Shown here piece after piece: positions 41,116 to 51,350 of a stretch of 64,000 bases of DNA. Source of the stretch: Alphaproteobacteria bacterium (lineage in GTDB: Bacteria > Pseudomonadota > Alphaproteobacteria > SP197); contig OZ245842.1 in NCBI GenBank assembly GCA_965228895.1, forward strand, positions 128,001 through 192,000, in the 5' to 3' direction. The notes beneath the pieces were generated by a model. It worked only from the letters and a program-made list of their open reading frames with translations, had not been told where the DNA came from and did no database searches. A program made the translations under genes and the position numbers. Numbering within the stretch: position 1 is the first letter of the stretch; every line of letters begins with the position of its first letter.

Positions 41116-42195
41116 CTAAAGCAACGCCAACTGGTCGCTGTCGGCGATAGGACGGATGAACTGGCGAGTGTCGAGTACCCAGTTGCGGCGGTTCAGGCCC
41201 AGGCGGCGCGCGGCGATGCCAAAGCGCCGTGAGATCATGTCGGCGAACGGGCCGGTGCCGACCTGACGCTGACGCCATTTGGGATCGTAGTCGCGCCCGT
41301 TGCGGCAGTCCTGGATCAGGCTGATCACGCGCTTGGCGCGGTCGGGCTCATGGGTCTCCAGCCATTCGCGGAACAGGTCCTTGATCTCCAGCGGCAGGCG
41401 CAGCAGCACATAGCTCGCGCTGGTGGCGCCGGCATCGCGGGCGGCTTCCAGCACCGCCTCCATCTCCGCATCGTTCAGGCCGGGAATGATCGGCGCGAAC
41501 AGGACGCCCGTGTCGACGCCGGCCTCGGTCAGCCGCTTAACGGCGTCGAGCCGACGTTGCGGTGTCGAGGCGCGCGGCTCCATACGACGGGCGAGGTCGC
41601 GGTCAAGCGTGGTGATCGAAAGATAGGCGCGCGCCAGCTTGTCCTGGCCCATCGGCCCCAGAATGTCGGCGTCCCTCGCGATCAGCGCTGACTTGGTGAC
41701 GATGCCGACCGGATGGCGGCACTCCGACAAGACCTCCAGCACCGATCGCGTGATACGGTGCTGGCGCTCGATCGGCTGGTAGGGGTCGGTGTTGGTGCCC
41801 ATGGCGATGACCCGGGGCCTGTAGCCCGGCCGCGCCAGTTCGCTCCTCAAGAGCCGCGCGGCGTCCGGCTTGATAAGCAGCTTCGATTCGAAGTCCTGGC
41901 CTGGCGACAGGCCCAAAAAGGCATGGGTTGGGCGTGCGAAACAATAGACGCAACCGTGCTCGCAGCCCCGATAGGGGTTGATCGAGCGGTCGAATGGCAC
42001 GTCCGGTGACTGGTTGCGGGCGATGATTGTCTTGGTCGTGTCGACGGTGATCTCCGTCTTCAAGGGCGGCAGGTCCTCGTCCAGGCTGCCCCAGCCGTCG
42101 TCAAACGCCTCATAGGCGTGCCGTTCGAAGCGGCCGGCTTCGTTGCTGACCGTGCCCCGCCCCTTGCGCTGAAGGCGATAGTTTATCTGGGTCAT
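41116..42195 (-). CDS. PA0069 family radical SAM protein (spore photoproduct lyase-like)
   Basis: SPDVPFDRSINPYRGCEHGCVYCFARP, GTNTDPYQP, LLRLPLE; ATG 42195 follows GGAGG. Confidence 0.95.
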   Translation of the reverse strand: MTQINYRLQRKGRGTVSNEAGRFERHAYEAFDDGWGSLDEDLPPLKTEITVDTTKTIIARNQSPDVPFDRSINPYRGCEHGCVYCFARPTHAFLGLSPGQDFESKLLIKPDAARLLRSELARPGYRPRVIAMGTNTDPYQPIERQHRITRSVLEVLSECRHPVGIVTKSALIARDADILGPMGQDKLARAYLSITTLDRDLARRMEPRASTPQRRLDAVKRLTEAGVDTGVLFAPIIPGLNDAEMEAVLEAARDAGATSASYVLLRLPLEIKDLFREWLETHEPDRAKRVISLIQDCRNGRDYDPKWRQRQVGTGPFADMISRRFGIAARRLGLNRRNWVLDTRQFIRPIADSDQLALL

Positions 42196-42212
42196 GGCGT
42201 TCCTCCGGAGGA

Positions 42213-42227
42213 GAACATTATAGGAAC
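42213..42227 (-). promoter_or_regulatory. Alphaproteobacterial LexA (SOS) box
   Basis: GAAC-attatag-GAAC on + strand = GTTC-N7-GTTC on - strand, 18 bp upstream of the radical SAM start. Confidence 0.8.
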
Positions 42228-42285
42228 ATTCGATGGTTCGGCAAGGAAACATGACGGCGCGCCCGGAAGCCTTATGATCCCGCCC

Positions 42286-42966
42286 ATGCTCCGGCTCGCC
42301 GTCGTCATCCCCACGCTTAACGCCGCCGCCACGCTGCCCTCGGTGTTGGCGGCGCTGGTCTCAGGCGACGCCATCGAACGCGAGATGGTGGTGGTCGACG
42401 GCGGCTCTGACGACGGTACGCCGGCGCTGGCCGAGTCGTTGGGCGCGCGCGTTGTCACCGCGTCAAAAGGACGCGGCAGTCAACTCGCGGCCGGCGCAGC
42501 GGCGACATCGGCGCCGTGGCTGCTCTTTCTGCACGCCGACACACGGCTGCAGGCAGGTTGGTCTCGTGATGTCCTGGCATTTGCCAACGAGGCTGCCAAC
42601 CGGGGCAAGGCCGCGGTCTTCCGCTTCGCACTCGACGATCAAGCCCGTGGCGCTCGCCGCCTGGAGCGCCTGGTGGCCTGGCGCACGCGTGTCCTGGGCC
42701 TGCCTTACGGCGACCAGGGGTTTTTGATCTCGCGCGAGCTCTACAACGACATCGGTGGCTTCCGCGCCCTGCCGCTGATGGAAGACGTCGATATCGTCCG
42801 TCGTCTGGGGCGTGCCCGTCTCGTCAGCCTGCCGTCCGCAGCGATTACCAGCGCCAGACGTTACCAGGGCGGCGGTTATTTTCTGCGCAGTGCGCGCAAC
42901 GTGACCTGCCTCTGTCTCTACTTTCTCGGTGTGCCGCCGCGCTGGCTGGTCAGGTTCTACGGATGA
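42286..42966 (+). CDS. Glycosyltransferase family 2 (TIGR04283-like)
   Basis: VVIPTLN, VVVDGGSDDGT, GRGSQLAAGA, LFLHAD, YGDQG, PLMED, TSARR. Confidence 0.92.
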   Translation: MLRLAVVIPTLNAAATLPSVLAALVSGDAIEREMVVVDGGSDDGTPALAESLGARVVTASKGRGSQLAAGAAATSAPWLLFLHADTRLQAGWSRDVLAFANEAANRGKAAVFRFALDDQARGARRLERLVAWRTRVLGLPYGDQGFLISRELYNDIGGFRALPLMEDVDIVRRLGRARLVSLPSAAITSARRYQGGGYFLRSARNVTCLCLYFLGVPPRWLVRFYG

Positions 42967-43568
42967 TCCCGCGCCATGTCGTCGTGTTTGCCCGCCAGCC
43001 GCGTTTCGGAACGGTCAAGACGCGGCTCGCCGCCGATATCGGGCCTGGCGCGGCGCTGGCCTTCTATCGCCGCACGCTCGCGCAGATGCTCAAGGGCCTG
43101 GGTCAGGACGGCCGCTGGACCACCTGGCTTGCTGTCACGCCGGCGACGGCGGCCAGACGACGCCGACCATGGCAGGCCGGTTTGCCTCTCATGGCCCAGG
43201 CTGAAGGCAATCTGGGGGACCGCATGGCGACGGTCTTCCGCGAGTTGCCGCCGGGACCGGCCATCATCGTCGGCAGTGACATTCCGGATCTGCGTCCGGC
43301 CCATGTCGCCGCCGCGTTCCGCCTGCTTGACGACAACGACGTCGTCTTCGGGCCGACGCCGGACGGCGGTTACTACCTGATCGGCCTGCGCCCGGAGCGG
43401 CGCGACGGACCGCTGTTCGAACGGGTCAGGTGGTCGACGCGCCATGCACTCGCCGACACACGCAAAAGCCTGCCGCGCGGCTGCCGCATCGCCCAGTTGT
43501 CGGAGCTGATGGATATCGACACCGGCGACGACTTCGCACGGTGGCGCCGTCGGTCGATCGGCGGTTAG
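42963..43568 (+). CDS. TIGR04282/DUF2064 CofC-like transferase
   Basis: FARQP..GTVKTRL, GNLGDRM, IVGSDIP, GPTPDGGYYLIG, WST, DIDT; overlaps the GT gene. Confidence 0.9.
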   Translation: MIPRHVVVFARQPRFGTVKTRLAADIGPGAALAFYRRTLAQMLKGLGQDGRWTTWLAVTPATAARRRRPWQAGLPLMAQAEGNLGDRMATVFRELPPGPAIIVGSDIPDLRPAHVAAAFRLLDDNDVVFGPTPDGGYYLIGLRPERRDGPLFERVRWSTRHALADTRKSLPRGCRIAQLSELMDIDTGDDFARWRRRSIGG

Positions 43569-43610
43569 TCTGTCGCAGCAATTAACAACCCGAACGCGAA
43601 AGGCGGGGGC

Positions 43611-45059
43611 ATGACGGGAACGACGGTGATCCGCAAGGCCGACTGGCTGGTTGCCTGGGACCAGGCGACGGGGTCGCATGTCTATCTCCGCAATGCGGAT
43701 ATCGCCTTTGCCCACGGCAAGGTGAGCTTCGTGGGCTCGGGCTATGACGGTCCTGCCGACCAAGAGATCGACGGGCGCGACCGCATGGTCATGCCGGGCC
43801 TGATCAACATCCACACTCACGCGGGATGGGAGCCGGTCAGAAAGGGCATGACCGACGAGATCCGAAGCCCCGGTTTCTGGCACAGCTCGCTCTATGAGTA
43901 CCTGCCGCTGTTCCCGCTGGAGTCCCATGAGACCGCCGTGTGCATGCGTGTCGCCTACGCGGAAATGTTGAAGAGCGGCTGCACCACCATCGTCGATTTC
44001 GGCTTTCCGTTCGAAGGCTGGCTTGACCTGATGGGCGAAAGCGGCCTGCGTGTCGTTGCCGCACCCTGGTTCTTCGACGCCAGTTACCACACCAAGGACG
44101 GCCACAGCCTGACCTATGACTGGGACGAAGACGAGGGCCGGCGCCAGTTTGACGCCGGCATGCGTGCCATCGATCTGGCCAACCAGCATCCGTCCGGCCG
44201 TCTCTCCGGCATGGTCGCGCCGGGCCAGGCCGACTGCTGCACGCCGGAGAGGCTGCGCGACGCCTTCGATGTCGCCGAAGAACGCAACCTGCCCTACCAG
44301 CTCCATACCGCCGAGAGTGTGGTCGAGTTCCACGAAATGCAGCGCCGTCACGGCCTGACCTCGGTCGGCTGGCTTGACAAGCTCGGCATTCTTTCCGAGC
44401 GCACCATCCTGGGCCACGCGATCTTTCTGGATCATCACCCCTGGCTGCATTGGACCAGCCAGCGTGATCTCGCGCTGCTGGCCGAGCGTGGCGTGTCCGT
44501 CGCCCACTGTCCGACCGTCTTCATGCGCCGCGGCATCGCGCTCAACACGCTGGGCGGTTACCTCAAGGCAGGCGTCAACATGGGGATCGGCACCGATACC
44601 TATCCGCACAACATGCTGGACGAGCTGCGCCATGCCGGCACGATCGCACGCGCGGTGGCCGGCACGGTCGACGACCTCAACACGTCGGATGTGTTTAATG
44701 CCGTCACCATCGGCGGCGCCAAGGCGCTGATGCGTGACGACATCGGGCGCCTTGATGTCGGCGCGCGCGCCGATCTCGTTCTCGTCGACCTGAAGCACCC
44801 CGCCATGATGCCGGTGCGCGAACCCATTCGGAATCTGATTTTCGTCGCCAACGATCGCGCGGTCGCCGACGTCTTTGTCGACGGCCATCACGTGGTGCGC
44901 GGCGGCGAGGTGCTGACCATCGACCACCGGGCGGCGTGCGAAGAGCTGGCTGAGGTGCAGGCGCGCGCCATTGCCGATATTCCGAAGCGCGACTGGGCCG
45001 GGCGCCGGGCCGACGACCTGATGCCGCTTGTCTATCCGGTGTCCCAGGAGTCCATGTGA
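43611..45059 (+). CDS. Amidohydrolase/deaminase (TrzA/AtzA/MtaD-like)
   Basis: MPGLINIHTH, LHTAE, GHAIF, GIGTD, GARADLV. Confidence 0.9.
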   Translation: MTGTTVIRKADWLVAWDQATGSHVYLRNADIAFAHGKVSFVGSGYDGPADQEIDGRDRMVMPGLINIHTHAGWEPVRKGMTDEIRSPGFWHSSLYEYLPLFPLESHETAVCMRVAYAEMLKSGCTTIVDFGFPFEGWLDLMGESGLRVVAAPWFFDASYHTKDGHSLTYDWDEDEGRRQFDAGMRAIDLANQHPSGRLSGMVAPGQADCCTPERLRDAFDVAEERNLPYQLHTAESVVEFHEMQRRHGLTSVGWLDKLGILSERTILGHAIFLDHHPWLHWTSQRDLALLAERGVSVAHCPTVFMRRGIALNTLGGYLKAGVNMGIGTDTYPHNMLDELRHAGTIARAVAGTVDDLNTSDVFNAVTIGGAKALMRDDIGRLDVGARADLVLVDLKHPAMMPVREPIRNLIFVANDRAVADVFVDGHHVVRGGEVLTIDHRAACEELAEVQARAIADIPKRDWAGRRADDLMPLVYPVSQESM

Positions 45060-46300
45060 GCGCCAACCAGCATCGCGAGCCCAAGCTCGACGGCGGCCAG
45101 GCATGGGTCATTGCCATCGCCTCGCTGCTGCTCGTCTCGTTCGGCATGGGCGGCATGATGAGCCTTTCGGTCAGTCTGAAAGACCTGTCGGCGGAGTTCG
45201 ACTGGCCGCGTTCGGTGCCGTCGCTCGCCTATGCGTTCTTCATGCTTGGCATCGGCAGCGCAGGCGTGATCATGGGCCGCTGGATGGACCGCGCGGGGAT
45301 CGGGCCGCCGCTTACGGTTGCTGCGCTGATTATCCCGTCGGCCGCGCTGACAATCGCCCATGTCACGACTGCCTGGCAGCTCTACATCGTCTATGGCGTG
45401 ATGTTCGGTTTCCTCGGCACCGGTGTGTTGTTCATTTGCCTGCTGACCCACGCGACCCGCTGGTTTAAGCGAAACCGTGGCTTGGCGGTCGCGATCGTCG
45501 CGTCTGGCCAGAGCGTCGGCGGCGCGGTCTGGCCGCGGCTGATCGAATACGGCAACGCGGAGATTGGTTGGCGCGCGACCTTCACCGTTTTCGGCTTTGG
45601 TGCGTTCGTCGTCATGCTGCCGCTGGTCTTCGTCATCAACCGAAAGCCACCGGTCGAGCCGGCCACAGCGAGCGCCTTGTTGCGCGGCAATGGCGGCATC
45701 ACCTTGCGCGACAATCTGCCGCAGATTGTTCTGAGCGCGGCGATCTTGTGCTGTTGCATCACCATGGCGATGCCGCTTCTGCACATGGCTGCCCATGTCA
45801 GCGATGTCGGCTACACCCTGCGTCAGGGTGCCGAAGTGCTGTCGTTCATTCTGATAGCCAGCTTTGTCGGCAGGATCGGCATGGGCTGGCTGACAGACCG
45901 CATCGGCGCGCTTAAGTCGATGCTGTTGGGATCATCTCTGCAGGCCGCCGGCACCGCCGTTTTCGTGGTGACCGACGGGATCTCCGGAATTTATGCGGGC
46001 GCGATCTTCTTTGGCCTTGGTTTCGGTGGTTTGGTGCCGATGTATGCGGTCGCCATCCGGGATATCTACCCCGCCAATCAGGCAGGCTGGCGCTTCGGGA
46101 CGATTTTCATCTTCGGCGCCTTGGGTATGGCGCTCGGCGGTCAAGTGGCGGGCGTCATCCACGACATGACCGACAGCTACAAACTCGCCTTTGCGCTGGG
46201 CGTTGTCTTCAACATCTTCAATCTGGCGCTTCTTGTCTGCGTTATGATGATGACGCGCCGGCCCAGACCGATCCTGACGTCGCCCCAGGCGATCAGGTAA
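45056..46300 (+). CDS. MFS transporter
   Basis: 12-TM pattern, GRWMDRAG, WFKRNRGLA, GWLTDRIG; translationally coupled to the amidohydrolase. Confidence 0.9.
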   Translation: MSANQHREPKLDGGQAWVIAIASLLLVSFGMGGMMSLSVSLKDLSAEFDWPRSVPSLAYAFFMLGIGSAGVIMGRWMDRAGIGPPLTVAALIIPSAALTIAHVTTAWQLYIVYGVMFGFLGTGVLFICLLTHATRWFKRNRGLAVAIVASGQSVGGAVWPRLIEYGNAEIGWRATFTVFGFGAFVVMLPLVFVINRKPPVEPATASALLRGNGGITLRDNLPQIVLSAAILCCCITMAMPLLHMAAHVSDVGYTLRQGAEVLSFILIASFVGRIGMGWLTDRIGALKSMLLGSSLQAAGTAVFVVTDGISGIYAGAIFFGLGFGGLVPMYAVAIRDIYPANQAGWRFGTIFIFGALGMALGGQVAGVIHDMTDSYKLAFALGVVFNIFNLALLVCVMMMTRRPRPILTSPQAIR

Positions 46301-47825
46301 CGAACCGGTCCCGAAGGTCCCGCCGCAACACCTTGCCTGGTCCGGACCGTGGCAGATCCTCGACAAACGTGACGGATCGTGGGCATTTGAAATGGCTCAA
46401 GTGCTCGCGGCAGTGCGCGACCAGAGCGTCTTGAAGCTTGTCATCGGGCTTGTGTCCGGGACGCAACATGACGACGGCCATGACTTCTTCGCCCCACTCG
46501 TCATGGGGCACGCCGATACAGGCCGCTTCGGCGACCGCCGGGTGATCGTGCAGCACGGCCTCGGCTTCCGCCGGGTAAATGTTGACGCCGCCTGAGATGA
46601 TGGTGTCCGCGTTGCGCCCGGTCAGGAAGAGATAGCCGTCCTCGTCCAGGTAGCCGAGGTCGCCCATGGTGAAATGATTGCCGGCCCGATTCTGCGCGGT
46701 TTTCTCCGGCGCCTTGAAGTACTCAAACCGGTCGTCTTCGGGCAGGAGCGTGAAGACACGACCGATCTCACCCGGCGGCAACGGTCGATCGTTTTCGTCC
46801 AGGATCGCCACATCGGTCTCGGGCACCTTGCGTCCGACTGTGCCGGGTCGCGCAAGCCAGTCTTCGGGCGTGGAAAAGATGACCGCACCCTCGGTGCCGC
46901 CGAAGAACTCGTAGAGGATCGGTCCCAGCCAGTCGATCATCCGGCGCTTGAGGTCGACCGAGCAGGGTGCCGAGCCGTGCAGCAGCCAGCGCAGGGACGA
47001 TAGATCGTAGGTCTCTCGGACGTCTTCGGGCAGCGCCAGCATGCGGTGGAACATGATCGGCACCATCTGGCTGTGTGTGATGCGCTCGCGTTCGATGACG
47101 CGCAGGACTTCCTCTGCATCGAACCGCTCCATGATGTAGATGCCGGCACCCTGGTTGAGGGGGAACAGCAGGTTCAAAAGCAGAGGTGCGGCGTGATAGA
47201 GCGGGCCGGGGCTCAACATCAGATCGTTGTCGTGGTCAAACGCGGTGGATTCCACGAGGACCGATGCCAAAGGCGCGCGCCGCAGCCCGGTCTTTCTGAC
47301 ACCCTTGGGCCGTCCGGTGGTGCCGGAGGTGTAGAGCATGCGCGAGCCGACGACGGGATCGTCGAGGTCTGAGTCGTCCTCGCCTGCCAGCGCCGCCGCG
47401 AAGTCGTCAAAGCCCTCGATACCGCCATCGATGGCGAGGCCGCTCTCGACGCGCGGCGCCATGGCGCATATGGCCTTCGTCGTGTCGGCAAAAGCGCGTT
47501 CACTGACCAGCAGCCGGGCTTCGCAATCATCCAGGATGTAGCCGGCCTCGTCGGCGTTCAGATGCCAGTTGATCGGCGTCAGCGTGACGCCGCAGCGCAT
47601 GGCGCCGAAGATGGCAATGGCGAACGCCGCGCGGTTGCCGACCAGAAGCGCCGCCGTGTCGCCGGCCTGAAGCCCACGCCGATGCAAAACGCGCGCAAAC
47701 TGGTTCGAGAGCCTGTTTAACTCTTCGAACGTCAGGGTGCCTCGGGGGCTAACGATGGCGCGCCGGTTGGGCGCCTCGCGGGCGGTGACCGCGATGTTCA
47801 TGCCAACTTCGTTGGCCTCATCCAT
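46293..47825 (-). CDS. Acyl-CoA synthetase (AMP-binding)
   Basis: YTSGTTGRPKG, PLYH, GGTE, GDLGYLD, ISGGVNIYP, GKVLR. Confidence 0.93.
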   Translation of the reverse strand: MDEANEVGMNIAVTAREAPNRRAIVSPRGTLTFEELNRLSNQFARVLHRRGLQAGDTAALLVGNRAAFAIAIFGAMRCGVTLTPINWHLNADEAGYILDDCEARLLVSERAFADTTKAICAMAPRVESGLAIDGGIEGFDDFAAALAGEDDSDLDDPVVGSRMLYTSGTTGRPKGVRKTGLRRAPLASVLVESTAFDHDNDLMLSPGPLYHAAPLLLNLLFPLNQGAGIYIMERFDAEEVLRVIERERITHSQMVPIMFHRMLALPEDVRETYDLSSLRWLLHGSAPCSVDLKRRMIDWLGPILYEFFGGTEGAVIFSTPEDWLARPGTVGRKVPETDVAILDENDRPLPPGEIGRVFTLLPEDDRFEYFKAPEKTAQNRAGNHFTMGDLGYLDEDGYLFLTGRNADTIISGGVNIYPAEAEAVLHDHPAVAEAACIGVPHDEWGEEVMAVVMLRPGHKPDDKLQDALVAHCREHLSHFKCPRSVTFVEDLPRSGPGKVLRRDLRDRFVT

Positions 47826-47844
47826 GGTCAACGACGTCGGCAAC

Positions 47845-48402
47845 TCAGCCCTTTTGGCGCGCCTTGGCCGGTCCGCCTTCGGTCAGGCGCGGCATCAGCT
47901 CTACGAAGTTGCACGGGCCGAAACGATAGTCCAACTGATGCACCAGGATGTCGTCCCAGGCGTCCTTGCAGGCGCCGGGCGAGCCGGGCAGGGCAAACAG
48001 GTAGGTACCGCCGGCGACGCCGGCCGTGGCGCGCGACTGGATGGTCGATGTGCCGATCTTCTGGAAGCTCAGCCACCGGAACAGTTCGCCGAACCCGGGG
48101 ATCGGTTTTTCGTAGAGGGTTTCGAAGGCTTCCGGCGTCACATCGCGTCCGGTCACGCCGGTGCCGCCGGTCGCAACCACGACATCGACCTCGGGATCCG
48201 CGATCCAGTGACCGACCGCGCTTTCGATCTGGTCGATCTCGTCGGTGACGATCCTGCGTTCGATGACGGTGTGCCCGGCCGCCTTGATGCGGTCGACCAG
48301 CACGTTGCCCGACTTGTCGTCAGCCTCGGTGCGCGTATCGGATACGGTCAGGACCGCAATGTTTACAGGTATGAAAGGCTTGCTGTCGTCAATACCCGGC
48401 AA
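47845..48402 (-). CDS. moaB: Molybdenum cofactor biosynthesis protein B
   Basis: [34 protein letters not shown]. Confidence 0.96.
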   Translation of the reverse strand: MPGIDDSKPFIPVNIAVLTVSDTRTEADDKSGNVLVDRIKAAGHTVIERRIVTDEIDQIESAVGHWIADPEVDVVVATGGTGVTGRDVTPEAFETLYEKPIPGFGELFRWLSFQKIGTSTIQSRATAGVAGGTYLFALPGSPGACKDAWDDILVHQLDYRFGPCNFVELMPRLTEGGPAKARQKG

Positions 48403-50344
48403 CGCGGATCAACTCCCCATCGTCATAAACGGGCCAGTGGCCCGAGGCCACCTTGGCCAGAGATGGGGTCATACCACCCAGACGCAAGCGGTACATCCAG
48501 TAGTTTGCCATGACCTTCTCGACGAACGAGCGCGTCTCGCGCACCGGGATGGTCTCCAGGAACAACAGCGGGTCGTCGATCGGACTGCTACGCTTCTGCC
48601 AGCGCTCCAGGTTGCCCGGGCCCGCGTTGTACGCCGCCAGCATATAGAACAGATTGCCGTCAACCGAACCCAACCCCATCAGGTGCTGGATGTAGTCCTG
48701 GGCCAGCGTCACCGACATGACGGGGTCGTCGAGCAGATGCCTATCGGCGCCGGCGAAGTCATAACCGTCGGCAATGTAGTCGGCGGTGGTCGGCATGATC
48801 TGCATCAGGCCACGGGCGCCGACATAGCTTTCCGCGGTCGCCTCATACCGCGATTCCTGGCGCATGATGGCAAAGACCAACGCGGGATCGACCTCGAAGC
48901 CATCGTCCGGCGTCCAGGGCGGCTCGGGATAGAGCGCGGCCTCGTAGCGGGTGGCGAAGTGCCGCTTCAGGTCGACGCCAAAACGGAACTGCGTCGCCGG
49001 CAGGTTGAGGGTGTCGGCGACCGTCAGCAGCGCGACCGCAAGACCGGGGTTCTGGGTTGCGGAGACCTGCTGGAACTCCAAATCGGCAATCTGCTGTTGG
49101 CCGGCCTGGGCCAACGCGACGGCCCGCTGAACCTCCGGCATCGCTGTCAGGGCCGAAAGCTCGCTGTCAGACAGGTGTGGCAGTCCATGATCGAAGACGA
49201 GCGGCTCGCCCAATGTCGCACGCGCCAGGATCCCATAAAAATCGTTGGGCCTTTCCGAGGCGATTCCCAGATAGAGCCGCACCTTGTCCGGTCGGCCGGT
49301 CATCAGGTTCAGCCGTGCAGCCCAATAGGCGCCCGAGGCAACCAGTTTGCTGGTGCGCGGATTGCCAGCGGCCAGGATCTCGAAGGCGCGCCGGGCGTTG
49401 TTAAGCTCGTCTGAGCGATAGGCGGCCATGCCCGCCGACCAACCGGCCAATGGCGCATCGGGGCCGGATCGCTCCAGGCTGGCCTGGCCCAGCTCCCATG
49501 CCTTGGCATCGTTGCCGTCCAGGAAATAGCTGTGGGCGATCTTGGCGCGAATCCTGTCGAAGGTGAGGGGATCGGCCAGGTCGGTAAACTCGGACCCGAA
49601 AAGGATCGCCTCGGCGGAACCGGGCCTGCCATCGCCCAGGCGATCGCGGACCTGGGCGATCAGGTCACGCAGCCGCTGACGCTCCCATGATTCCAGATGC
49701 GACCAGTCGGTCTCGTCGGCGCGCTCGTAACTTGGCTCAAGCGATGTCTCGGTGTCGAAGTCGTCGAGATAGCCGTCGCGCGGCTCTGCCGGGGTGTCGG
49801 CGCCGGCCGGTTGGCGTGCCAAGGCCAGTTGATAGATCCGCTGGGCCTGCGGATGGTCGGCATAGCGCACGAGCCAACCGGAAAGCTCGTCGAAACTGGA
49901 ATGCCAGTCGGTGGGATGCAGATACCGTTCGGCAAGCACGTGGCCCATCAGAATCGGGTCGTCGAGCTGTTCGATCAGCCGGTCGGCGGCTTGCCAATCG
50001 GCTTCGCGCTGAAGCTTGAAGATGCGGCGGTAAAGGCCCGCATCACGCTGGCTCAAGACCGACAGCTCCGTGAGATACGGCAGATCCGGCTTTGTGACGG
50101 GAACGGGAGCCGCCACGAGAGGCACCAGATCGTGATCGTACACAACGTTCGCGGGGTCGCCGGGGAAGCTGGCGGCAAACGAGATGCCGCGGTCCGGGCG
50201 TTCCTGAGGAATAGGCGGCAGCGGTTGCTCTGCTGAGACCGCCGTCGAACTCGCGACGACACCCAGCAGCAGCGATGCTGCAAGCACACAAATCCTGCCT
50301 CGGCCATGCCGGCTTACCGCCGACGGCCACGATGCTCGACTCAT
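48389..50344 (-). CDS. Soluble lytic transglycosylase (SLT domain)
   Basis: IMRQES, GARGLMQIMP, AAYNAG, ETRSFV; N-terminal signal peptide. Confidence 0.92.
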   Translation of the reverse strand: MSRASWPSAVSRHGRGRICVLAASLLLGVVASSTAVSAEQPLPPIPQERPDRGISFAASFPGDPANVVYDHDLVPLVAAPVPVTKPDLPYLTELSVLSQRDAGLYRRIFKLQREADWQAADRLIEQLDDPILMGHVLAERYLHPTDWHSSFDELSGWLVRYADHPQAQRIYQLALARQPAGADTPAEPRDGYLDDFDTETSLEPSYERADETDWSHLESWERQRLRDLIAQVRDRLGDGRPGSAEAILFGSEFTDLADPLTFDRIRAKIAHSYFLDGNDAKAWELGQASLERSGPDAPLAGWSAGMAAYRSDELNNARRAFEILAAGNPRTSKLVASGAYWAARLNLMTGRPDKVRLYLGIASERPNDFYGILARATLGEPLVFDHGLPHLSDSELSALTAMPEVQRAVALAQAGQQQIADLEFQQVSATQNPGLAVALLTVADTLNLPATQFRFGVDLKRHFATRYEAALYPEPPWTPDDGFEVDPALVFAIMRQESRYEATAESYVGARGLMQIMPTTADYIADGYDFAGADRHLLDDPVMSVTLAQDYIQHLMGLGSVDGNLFYMLAAYNAGPGNLERWQKRSSPIDDPLLFLETIPVRETRSFVEKVMANYWMYRLRLGGMTPSLAKVASGHWPVYDDGELIRVAGY

Positions 50345-50443
50345 GTTTGTCCCCCCAAGCACAGTCGTTATAGACAGACCTGCTCGCTGCAAACAAGTCG
50401 GGGCGCAGGACTCTACGTTTGCCGCGCCTTTGTGCCAGGGGAA

Positions 50444-51244
50444 TTAAGTATAAGATTCCAGACGTCGGCGAATCGCCTGCAGGTCACGCCAACATTCGCG
50501 CTTGCGGGCGGGCTGTCGGAGCAGGAAGGCGGGATGGAAAATTGCGGTCGCCGGAATCTCGCGGCCGTCGCTCGCTGTGTAAGTGAACCAGCGCCCGCGC
50601 AACCGGGTGATGCCCTCGCTTCGTCCCAGCATCGCCTTTGCCGCGCTGCCGCCGACATAGATCAGGATCTCCGGCTTTATGATCTCGACCATGCGTTCGA
50701 CGAACGGCAAACAGGTAGAGATTTCCTCGGCTGTAGGCGTCCTGTTGCCCGGCGGACGCCAGAACAGCATGTTGCTGATCAGGACTTTCGAACGGTCGAG
50801 ATCGATGGCGGCGAGCATCTTGTCCAGCAGTTGCCCGGCCGGTCCGACGAAGGGTTTGCCCTGCCGATCCTCCTGGGCGCCGGGCGCCTCGCCGATCAAC
50901 AGAATGCGTGCCCGCGTGTTCCCGTCATAGACGCAGGTCGTTGTTGCCGTCCGCTTGAGCGCACAGCCATCGAAACTTTCGATAGCCGTATGTAGTGCCT
51001 CCATAGTAGTAGCAGATTCCGCGACCTCCTTGGCGCTTGCCACGGCCTGGGAGGCCGGAGGGGGTGGAGGCGGCGCCGAATCGATTCGTTTGGCCATGGA
51101 AAGAGCGGCCGTTTCGGATGCCGCGATGGGCATCGGGGGAGCCTGATCGAGACGGTTAACGGGGCTCTCGGCGATGGCTTCGTCAATGCCGTGATCAGCG
51201 TACCACCTCAAGATCGATGCCATGGTTTGCGGGTCAGCGCTCAT
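50444..51244 (-). CDS. Uracil-DNA glycosylase family 4
   Basis: GEAPG..ED..GKPFVG.AG, WRPPGNRTP, FHPAFLLR. Confidence 0.95.
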   Translation of the reverse strand: MSADPQTMASILRWYADHGIDEAIAESPVNRLDQAPPMPIAASETAALSMAKRIDSAPPPPPPASQAVASAKEVAESATTMEALHTAIESFDGCALKRTATTTCVYDGNTRARILLIGEAPGAQEDRQGKPFVGPAGQLLDKMLAAIDLDRSKVLISNMLFWRPPGNRTPTAEEISTCLPFVERMVEIIKPEILIYVGGSAAKAMLGRSEGITRLRGRWFTYTASDGREIPATAIFHPAFLLRQPARKRECWRDLQAIRRRLESYT

Positions 51245-51350
51245 GGACTGAACGTTAACACGACCCATCATTGAGTTGGGACCCCGCGTCGGATAAGAGA
51301 CGGTGCGGACGGGGAAGCCGGTTCACAAGAGATTATTCAGGAGCGGTGCG

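Noticed and set aside
37481-43568. Arsenosugar biosynthesis cluster (TIGR04282/TIGR04283 with radical SAM and methyltransferase)
   Set aside because: The radical SAM is PA0069-type rather than ArsS, the methyltransferase lacks the multiple Cys of ArsM, and no ars regulator is adjacent
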